NCBI GenBank assembly: GCA_949291655.1
Contig: CASEWT010000003.1
Location: 1 to 51,538, forward strand
Length of the DNA stretch: 51,538 bases
Direction: 5' to 3'
Source of the DNA: an uncultured Bacillota bacterium
Lineage (GTDB): Bacteria > Bacillota_I > Bacilli_A > RFN20 > CAG-826
Shown here: in pieces, positions 44,582 through 51,538 of the stretch
How positions within the stretch are numbered: position 1 is the first letter of the stretch
Layout of the letters: each line of letters opens with the position of its first letter
Notes under the pieces: generated by a model
Seen by the model: only the letters and a program-made list of their open reading frames with translations
Told to the model about the DNA's origin: nothing
The model's database searches: none
Program-made: the position numbers and the translations under genes

Positions 44582-46162
44582 ATGTTTAAGAAAAGAGCCG
44601 TCGCCATCCTCCTCGGAGGCGCCCTGCTCGCCTTGAGCGGGTGTAACACCCCGAGCGAGAGTTCGCCGACCAACACATCGTCCGAACCAGCATCCTCGAG
44701 CCCTGTCGACTCCTCGTCTCCCGCCGAAGAAGGAATCGTCATCTCCTATAGCGTCGCCGGCGAAATCGTCCATACAGAGACCCTACCCGAAGGCGGAGGC
44801 GTCCCGACCGACTACGATTACAAGCCGACGGCGGGCAAGCTCGTCGACTGGTATTTGACCCCGAGCTTTTCGCGGGCCTATCTCTTCGAGGATCCCCTCA
44901 CCGAAAGCACGACGCTTTTCGGGGCCGTCAACGTCTACCAAGAGGACACACTGGACTACTACATCGCCGGAAGCGGCTCTTCTCCCATCCTTCTTAGTTC
45001 CAACTGGGGCGACACCCCGACTGATCAGCACAAGTTGGCAAAAGACACGGAAACGACCGACGAAAACATCTATTCCATCACCGCTGACCTCTATAAGGGA
45101 GACTCCTTCCAAGTCATCAGTTTCACCGAAACGGAAACCGATCCCTACGCTTGGGACTGGCAATACGGTTCCGGTTATGTCCGCCTCTACGAAGGCGTGA
45201 ACGAATGGATTCAGTCCGACGGCGGACTTGCCGATAGTACCCGCAAGAGCAATATCGGCATCCTCATGGACGGGAACTACACCTTGACCCTCCACACCTA
45301 TCCGAACTTCGAAGGCATCGATGCCGAGAACAACATCAACAATCTCAACTACCTGACCATCGTTCGGAACGGCGATTGCATCGAAGAGCGGCCGGAGACG
45401 ACCCTTTCCTACTACATCAAGGGCGCGAACATCACGGGCTGGGGAAACATGTTCAATAACGCGACCCAGCTTACCCCGAATGCCGATGAGTCGGCCTACA
45501 CCTTGGAGATCTATCTCCGCGAAGGCGAGGAGTTCATGTTCCACACTCTGGCAACCAACGCAGCCGACGGAACCACGAGCGACGCCAACATCTACATCAA
45601 CTACAACAATCTCGACACCACTTCGGCGGCTCTCTTCAGCCATCCGGAAAACGGAACCAATATCTTGGCGACCAAGAGCGGAACCTACACCTTCACCTAT
45701 GTCCCGGGAGCCGACAACGCGGCCGGAACCCTCTCCGCTACCCTTGACGAAACGAAGGGCCTTACCATCGGGGACTACTACATCAACGGGACCATCGCCA
45801 ACGACACCCCGTCCTGGGGGACGAGCAGCGTCACCGAAGCCGACGGCATGACCTTGATGGACACCTATAAGCTGACCGTCGATCCCGACAATGCCGACCT
45901 CTACCTCATCGAAGGCGTGACCTTCCGGGTCGACGACGAATTCACCGTTGCCGCCTTCACGGCCGGGTCGACGACGACGGGCGATGGCTGGTCCAACCAA
46001 ATCGCCAGCTACAACAGCACCTACCTTGCCCCGGCGACGACCGGATTCGAAGCAGCCAGCGCCCAAAACCTGAACGCTAAGTGCACGGAAGCCGGCGTCT
46101 ACGACATCTCCTTCAACGTCTATTCCCGCATCGTCACCATCACCCCGGCGGTCACCGCCTAA
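44582..46162 (+). CDS. Lipoprotein with three tandem putative starch-binding (SusE/F- or X25-like) modules
   Basis: Lipobox ALSGC, a B-repeat-like domain, then three ~130-aa repeats beginning YYIAGS...W, YYIKGA...W and YYINGT...W and ending GNYTL, GTYTF and GVYDI. Adjacent to the maltodextrin genes. Confidence 0.62.
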   Translation: MFKKRAVAILLGGALLALSGCNTPSESSPTNTSSEPASSSPVDSSSPAEEGIVISYSVAGEIVHTETLPEGGGVPTDYDYKPTAGKLVDWYLTPSFSRAYLFEDPLTESTTLFGAVNVYQEDTLDYYIAGSGSSPILLSSNWGDTPTDQHKLAKDTETTDENIYSITADLYKGDSFQVISFTETETDPYAWDWQYGSGYVRLYEGVNEWIQSDGGLADSTRKSNIGILMDGNYTLTLHTYPNFEGIDAENNINNLNYLTIVRNGDCIEERPETTLSYYIKGANITGWGNMFNNATQLTPNADESAYTLEIYLREGEEFMFHTLATNAADGTTSDANIYINYNNLDTTSAALFSHPENGTNILATKSGTYTFTYVPGADNAAGTLSATLDETKGLTIGDYYINGTIANDTPSWGTSSVTEADGMTLMDTYKLTVDPDNADLYLIEGVTFRVDDEFTVAAFTAGSTTTGDGWSNQIASYNSTYLAPATTGFEAASAQNLNAKCTEAGVYDISFNVYSRIVTITPAVTA

Positions 46163-46169
46163 GCAAGCA

Positions 46170-46204
46170 AAAGGGGCGCCGGAACCCTTTCCGCCGGCGC
46201 CCCT
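46170..46204. terminator. Terminator between convergent genes
   Basis: AAAAGGGGCGCCGG...CCGGCGCCCCT hairpin. Confidence 0.75.
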
Positions 46205-46218
46205 CAAGGCTTGTGTCC

Positions 46219-46989
46219 CTAGACCTTCAGATGGGCCGATTGGTCGCCGTCGCGAGCGCTGGCCATGGTCCGCTCGACGATCGTCTCGACCTTTCGCGGG
46301 CTGAAGGCATCGATATTCCGGAAAGAGAGGCCTTCCCGTTCATAAAGGGCGATGAGGGCCGGGTTTCGGAGAAAGGGCGAAGGGTGGGTCCGCCCTTCCT
46401 CGAGAGCTTCCTGCTCACTGGCTACATAGCGGACGTCGAAGCGACTCTCCAAGTACTTCCGGTAAGACCTGGAAGCCACCTGCAAAGAGACGAGGACGCC
46501 GGAATAGGCGTCATAGTCATCGACGATCTGGTTGAAAAGCCAATGCTCGACCAACGTATCGACGGCAACAAAGGGAACATATAGGTCTTCGCCAATGGCG
46601 AGGAACTGGTCGCGGTCGATGCCGATGGCGATGACGCCGTCGGTCCCTTGGCCGAAAAACGAGGGCCGCCCCACTTCGAGCGAAACGCGGATCCCCCGCT
46701 CGGCGAAAGCGGCGTGGAAACGCCTCGCGATGAGGAAGCGATCGGCATCCTCAAGCAGCGATCCGGCCTCGGGAAAGAGAAGGGATATCACGTTGTGGCG
46801 TCCGGAAGCGAGGCTCGAAGCCGAAGGGTTCTTGACGTAACGGTAGAGGTTGGCCAGCTGGAGAATCTTCTTCCGCTTGGCTTCCGAGATCTTCTGGTCC
46901 GGCCGGTCGTTGAGGACGTAGGAAACCGTGGCAACGCTTACCCCCGCCTCGTTCGCGATGTCTCTGAGCGTAACTTTCTTTCGAACCAT
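46219..46989 (-). CDS. LacI-family transcriptional regulator (short ligand-binding domain)
   Basis: TLRDIANEAGVSVATVSYVLN HTH and YVKNPSASSL hinge. 256 aa. Confidence 0.9.
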   Translation of the reverse strand: MVRKKVTLRDIANEAGVSVATVSYVLNDRPDQKISEAKRKKILQLANLYRYVKNPSASSLASGRHNVISLLFPEAGSLLEDADRFLIARRFHAAFAERGIRVSLEVGRPSFFGQGTDGVIAIGIDRDQFLAIGEDLYVPFVAVDTLVEHWLFNQIVDDYDAYSGVLVSLQVASRSYRKYLESRFDVRYVASEQEALEEGRTHPSPFLRNPALIALYEREGLSFRNIDAFSPRKVETIVERTMASARDGDQSAHLKV

Positions 46990-47027
46990 TGACCTTATTA
47001 TAGAAGAAAGAGGAATTTACTTAACAT

Positions 47028-48713
47028 ATGAAGAAAGAAGCCATCCTCCACGTAAGCGAATCCCCTATGGCCGAACCTCTTTCGCCGTCTTCGTTTTTCC
47101 TCCGGCTTCGCCTTGCGAGGGAAGACGAGAACGCCAAGGTCGTTATCCACTATGGAGAAAAGTACTCTTTCCAGGAAAAACGCGATCAGGTAGAAATGCC
47201 CCTCGTGAGGAAAAGCCGGGAGTTTTCCTATTTCGAGTCGGCGATTCCCTTGCAAAGCCGCCGCTTGGCCTACATTTTCGAAATTTCGGTCAGGGACGAG
47301 CACTACTACCTTTCCGAAAGGGGATTGACCGCGAGTTACGACTTCGCCAAGGCCTATGAGGATTTTTTCCAGTTCTCATATATCCACGAAGAGGATGTAT
47401 TTCACTTGCCCGATTGGGCATCGAAAGCCGTTTTCTATCAAATCTTTCCCGATCGTTTCGCGATGGGAAAAAAGGAAAAGGACACGGGTTATATCAACTT
47501 AAAATGGGGAGATAAGCCAACGAACAAATCCTTTGCCGGCGGCGACATCAAAGGGATAGCCGACCATTTGGATTATCTTGCCGACCTCGGAATCAACGCC
47601 CTTTATCTCACGCCCATCTTCCGTTCGAACAGCTACCACAAATACGACACCATCGACTACATGCAGATCGATCCTGAACTCGGGACGGAGGAAGATCTCC
47701 GCGCCTTGATAGCCAAGGCCCATGCCAAAGGGATCAGGATCGTCCTAGACGCCGTCTTCAATCACATTTCCTCCGATTCGCCTTTCTTCCAAGACGTCGT
47801 CGAAAAGGGGCGGTCTTCACCCTACTACCACTGGTTCTTCGTTCGCGGCGACCGTCCGGACATTGCCAAGGGAAACTACGAATATTTCTCGGTTTGCCCC
47901 TATATGCCGAAACTGAACCCCGAAAATAGTGAATGCGCTGCTTATCTCATTGAGGTAGCCAAACATTACCTCCGCCTTGGCATCGACGGGTGGCGGCTTG
48001 ACGTCGCCGACGAAGTCCCCCACTCCTTTTGGCGAAAGTTCCGGGTAGCCATCAAGGCGGAATTCCCCTCATCCATCATCATTGGGGAGCATTGGCACAA
48101 TGCCCATTCCTTCCTTTCCGGAAACGAGTTCGACGGGGTGATGAATTATCCGTTGACCTATGCCATCGCCGATTACCTGATAAAAGGGAAACTTACGGCA
48201 GAAGAAGCCGCCGGGCGCCTCGAAGAGCTTTATGTCCGTTACCGGCCCTCGATGCTTCCGGCCATGCTGAACCTCCTTGATAGCCACGACACCCACCGCT
48301 TCCTCACTTTGGCCAACGGCAGGATCGAGACCCTTGATGCCGCCTTGGCGATCCTCTTCTTCTACCCAGGGATGCCTTGCCTCTATTACGGGACCGAAAT
48401 CCCGATGGAAGGAGGTTACGACCCCGACTGCCGGCGTTGCTTCCCTTGGGAACGAGCAAATGATGAAAACACCCACAAAAAGCTTTTGAATTCTTTGATT
48501 TTGCTTAGAAACAGCGAAGTTTTGGCCCATGGAAGCTTCCGGGCGGAAGAAGAAAACGGCCTATTGAAAATCACGCGTTCCCACAACGGAAAATCCCTCG
48601 TCCTTTATGTCAACGGCTCTAGAAAGGCCCATCCCATCTCCTCTGAATCCCTAATCGCAAGCCGTTATGAAGGCGGCTATCTAGAACCATTCGGTTTCCT
48701 TATCAGGAGGTAA
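47028..48713 (+). CDS. GH13 neopullulanase/cyclomaltodextrinase
   Basis: N-domain, FYQIFPDRF, YHKYDT, DAVFNH, GWRLDVADE, GEHW, LLDSHD and DPDCRR. Confidence 0.93.
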   Translation: MKKEAILHVSESPMAEPLSPSSFFLRLRLAREDENAKVVIHYGEKYSFQEKRDQVEMPLVRKSREFSYFESAIPLQSRRLAYIFEISVRDEHYYLSERGLTASYDFAKAYEDFFQFSYIHEEDVFHLPDWASKAVFYQIFPDRFAMGKKEKDTGYINLKWGDKPTNKSFAGGDIKGIADHLDYLADLGINALYLTPIFRSNSYHKYDTIDYMQIDPELGTEEDLRALIAKAHAKGIRIVLDAVFNHISSDSPFFQDVVEKGRSSPYYHWFFVRGDRPDIAKGNYEYFSVCPYMPKLNPENSECAAYLIEVAKHYLRLGIDGWRLDVADEVPHSFWRKFRVAIKAEFPSSIIIGEHWHNAHSFLSGNEFDGVMNYPLTYAIADYLIKGKLTAEEAAGRLEELYVRYRPSMLPAMLNLLDSHDTHRFLTLANGRIETLDAALAILFFYPGMPCLYYGTEIPMEGGYDPDCRRCFPWERANDENTHKKLLNSLILLRNSEVLAHGSFRAEEENGLLKITRSHNGKSLVLYVNGSRKAHPISSESLIASRYEGGYLEPFGFLIRR

Positions 48714-48717
48714 AAGC

Positions 48718-50205
48718 ATGAAAAGGAAGTTCGTCGTCCCTCTCGGCGCCGCCATCGCCGCCATCCTCGTCTCGTGCGGAGGCACGGAGCAATCCTCCCT
48801 CCCGAGCCAACCAAACGAAACCGGAGGCAATTCGGAAATCGTCGACGCGGACGAAAACACCCCAGTCTTCTCCGTCTTTAACGGCGAACTCGAGCGTAAC
48901 ATCAAGATCCAGGTCCTTGAAAACGATACGGCCAAGGAACTCGGCTATCTCGACGAACTGCTCGATGCTTTCAACGAAAAGTACGCCGAATACGGAATCG
49001 AGGCCGTCGACGCGAACATCGACCAATATAGCGATTTGGCCCAAGACGGTCCCTACGGTTATGGTCCCGACGTCCTTTACCAGGCCAACGACGTCATCAT
49101 GAAATACACCGAAGCCCGGCACGTCTACCCCATTCCTTCTTGGGAAGTGGAGGCTTTCGAAAACCTTCCCGAAGCGGCAGTCAAGGCTTACCAAGGGGTC
49201 GATAGCGGCGTCCGTTACACCTACGGCGTCCCAATCAACGCCCAGGCCGGGATGCTCTTCTATCGGAAAGACATGGTCCCCGAAAATAGCGACGCGAACC
49301 AAAATGGCACGCCCGACATGGTCGAAAGCTGGAATGCCCTCTGGAAATACAGCAAGGACATCAATGCCGCCGATCCGACCAAACGGGGATACGCCAAGGC
49401 CCTTTACGACGTCTATTTCTCAAGCGGCTACCTCTTTTCCTACGGGGCTTACGTCTTCGGCGACGACGGGCAGAACCCCCTCGACATCGGCTTCAACAAG
49501 GGCGAGGCCTGGAAAGGCGCCCAAATCATCCGCCAGCTGGCCGAAGTCATTGGCCCGACTTGCGTCGACGACTCCATCAACACGACGTGCTATGGGCAAT
49601 TGGCCCGCGGGGAGATCTTCGCGACGATGACGACGCCCGACGTCACGGAAAACTTCATAACCGAGATGAGGGCCCAATACGAAACTGAAGGGCTTAGCTA
49701 CGCGGAAGCCGATGCCAAGGCCCGGGAGAATCTCGTCATCGCCGGCTTGCCCCAGCTACCCGCCTCGGGCGACCTCTCGGAAGAAGACCCCGAGCTCATC
49801 GACATGCAAGCCATGGGCGGCATCAACGGCTATGCCATCTCGGCCTACACCAAAGTTCCGAACGCCGCCTTGGAGTTCGTGAAGTTTGCTACTTCATATG
49901 AGATGGTCAAGCTCCGGGAAGAGATGCTCGGCGTCGCCCCTTGCCGGGAAGACGTCGTCGCCGAGAGCGACTCGGCCATTTCCGAGAATATCTACTCACG
50001 CCTCGAGAGCGGACTCATCACCCTCATGCCCTCGATCAGCGAAGTCGCCCAGATCTGGACGCCGGGCGAAAGCTTCAACAAAGACCTCGCGACCGACCCG
50101 ACGCGGGCCCCGGCCGACCAGAAATACAAGACCCAAGAGGACTACCAAAAGGGTTTGGACGACATGTGCGACCAAATCCTCGAAGCCATCACGACATTGG
50201 CCTAG
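48718..50205 (+). CDS. Maltose/maltodextrin ABC transporter substrate-binding lipoprotein
   Basis: Lipobox LVSC, DGPYGYGPDV, YGVP, LFYRKD and MPSISEVAQIW. Operon context supports the call. Confidence 0.85.
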   Translation: MKRKFVVPLGAAIAAILVSCGGTEQSSLPSQPNETGGNSEIVDADENTPVFSVFNGELERNIKIQVLENDTAKELGYLDELLDAFNEKYAEYGIEAVDANIDQYSDLAQDGPYGYGPDVLYQANDVIMKYTEARHVYPIPSWEVEAFENLPEAAVKAYQGVDSGVRYTYGVPINAQAGMLFYRKDMVPENSDANQNGTPDMVESWNALWKYSKDINAADPTKRGYAKALYDVYFSSGYLFSYGAYVFGDDGQNPLDIGFNKGEAWKGAQIIRQLAEVIGPTCVDDSINTTCYGQLARGEIFATMTTPDVTENFITEMRAQYETEGLSYAEADAKARENLVIAGLPQLPASGDLSEEDPELIDMQAMGGINGYAISAYTKVPNAALEFVKFATSYEMVKLREEMLGVAPCREDVVAESDSAISENIYSRLESGLITLMPSISEVAQIWTPGESFNKDLATDPTRAPADQKYKTQEDYQKGLDDMCDQILEAITTLA

Positions 50206-50211
50206 AAAACC

Positions 50212-51538
50212 ATGGAAAACGGCAAAATCACCAGCAAAAGTCTCTCAGAAAGGACAAAAGCTTTCTTTCAAAGCCTCGGCTCTTCCCTTGCCGGGAAAGC
50301 CAAGAGGTTTGCCGCGGCGGCTCGCGAGAAAGGGAATTCCTTCCTCGACTTCTTCGCCCAGGCCGACTGGAAGGTAGCCCTCTCCTTGCTCTTCATGGGG
50401 GCCGGGAACATCCTTTATGGCCAAATCGCCAAAGGCATTATCTTCTTCCTTATTGAAGTCCTCTTCGTCCTCTTCATGGTTTTCCTCGGTGGAGGGTATC
50501 TAGAGGGCCTGATTACCCTCGGGACGGTCAAGACCGATACGTGGGCCGGCATCCAAGGCGACAATTCGATTGTCTTCATGCTGATGGGCATCCTGACGAT
50601 CTTTGCCATCATTCTCTTCGTCGTCTGCTACACCACATCCCTCAAAAGCGCCCTTCGGGCCCGGGAAGCCGTCCTCAAGGGGAACAAGCCCCGCACCTTC
50701 ATGGAGGACATCGCCGCCCTTTCCGGCCGTTCCTTTCCGGCCGTTGCCCTCGTCATTCCTCTCCTTGGAGTAGCCCTTTTCTCCGTCCTTCCGATCGTCA
50801 TGACGATCCTCGTGGCTTTCACCAATTACGGAGGGACGATCCAAGTTCCGGCCTATCTCGTCGACTATGTCGGCCTCGAGAACTTCGTCACCATCTTCTC
50901 CGCGACGAACATCGGGGAGACCTTCTTCCGCATTCTTGGTTGGAACATCCTTTGGGCCTTCCTATCGACCTTCGTCAATTACTTCCTCGGGCTTGGTCTG
51001 GCCCTTCTCCTCTCGAAGAAGTGCGTGAAGGGAAAAGCCTTCTGGCGGGCCTTCCCCATTCTGGCTTATGCCATCCCCGGCTTCATTACCCTCATTGCCT
51101 TCAAATTCATGTTCTCGGTTTCCGGGCCCATCAACTACTACATTACATCCGGCCACCTTTTCGACGATAGGACCATCGACTTCCTCGGGATGGACAGCAC
51201 CTGGTCGGCCCGCTTCATCGGGCTGGCCGTCAATGCTTGGCTCACCGTCCCGACGACGATGCTTCTGGCAACCGGGATTCTCTCGAACGTCCAAGCCGAC
51301 CTCTACGAGGCGGCCGACATCGACGGAGCGAGCAAGACCCGCCAGTTCTTCGACATAACCCTCCCCTACGTCATCTTCGCCACGACGCCGACGCTCATCT
51401 CCCAGTTCATTGGAAACTTCAACAATTTCGGAACCTTCTATTTCCTCCGCGGCTCGATCATCTCCGAAGGCTATTTCCAGGCTTCGGACACCGATCTTCT
51501 CATCAATTGGCTTTACCGCCTCTCCCTTGATGGGAACA
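50212..51538 (+). CDS. Maltodextrin ABC permease MalF-like (3' end outside the window)
   Basis: Open frame from ATG 50212 with AFTNY, YVGLENF, YAIPGFI, LYEAADIDGAS, ITLP and FIGNFNNF. Confidence 0.88.
   Translation, partial: MENGKITSKSLSERTKAFFQSLGSSLAGKAKRFAAAAREKGNSFLDFFAQADWKVALSLLFMGAGNILYGQIAKGIIFFLIEVLFVLFMVFLGGGYLEGLITLGTVKTDTWAGIQGDNSIVFMLMGILTIFAIILFVVCYTTSLKSALRAREAVLKGNKPRTFMEDIAALSGRSFPAVALVIPLLGVALFSVLPIVMTILVAFTNYGGTIQVPAYLVDYVGLENFVTIFSATNIGETFFRILGWNILWAFLSTFVNYFLGLGLALLLSKKCVKGKAFWRAFPILAYAIPGFITLIAFKFMFSVSGPINYYITSGHLFDDRTIDFLGMDSTWSARFIGLAVNAWLTVPTTMLLATGILSNVQADLYEAADIDGASKTRQFFDITLPYVIFATTPTLISQFIGNFNNFGTFYFLRGSIISEGYFQASDTDLLINWLYRLSLDGN

Noticed and set aside
1-51538. 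CRISPR arrays, tRNA/rRNA genes, transposases/integrases, TGA recoding
   Set aside because: None recognised. Several genes end cleanly in TGA, consistent with genetic code 11.

Overview
Mostly a high-GC chromosomal segment from a genome-reduced Firmicute. Mollicute-like traits include ClpB lacking its N-domain and under CIRCE control, Opp subunits with large insertions, and many acidic lipoproteins. My inference is an uncultured gut Bacilli lineage such as RFN20/CAG-826. The first ~860 bp (end of larB, partial larC) are AT-richer and join a truncated GH2 gene head-on, which looks like a chimeric junction. The rest holds: an Xaa-Pro peptidase, a flavodiiron protein, CIRCE-regulated hsp20 and clpB, ybaK, an expanded oppABCDF operon coupled to one M6-like metalloprotease lipoprotein with a second one nearby, a ~14 kb cluster of surface (lipo)proteins, a PIN-domain protein with an apparent ATA start, a 46-aa small protein behind an array of cre/LacI-type operators, a TPP riboswitch-ThiT fusion and a starch/maltodextrin locus. 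The most interesting item is a compact hypB-[948-aa Cys-rich flavin/Fe-S oxidoreductase]-hypA operon with no hydrogenase or urease genes in the window, a candidate uncharacterised nickel-dependent enzyme system. All calls are motif-based by eye; no searches were run.
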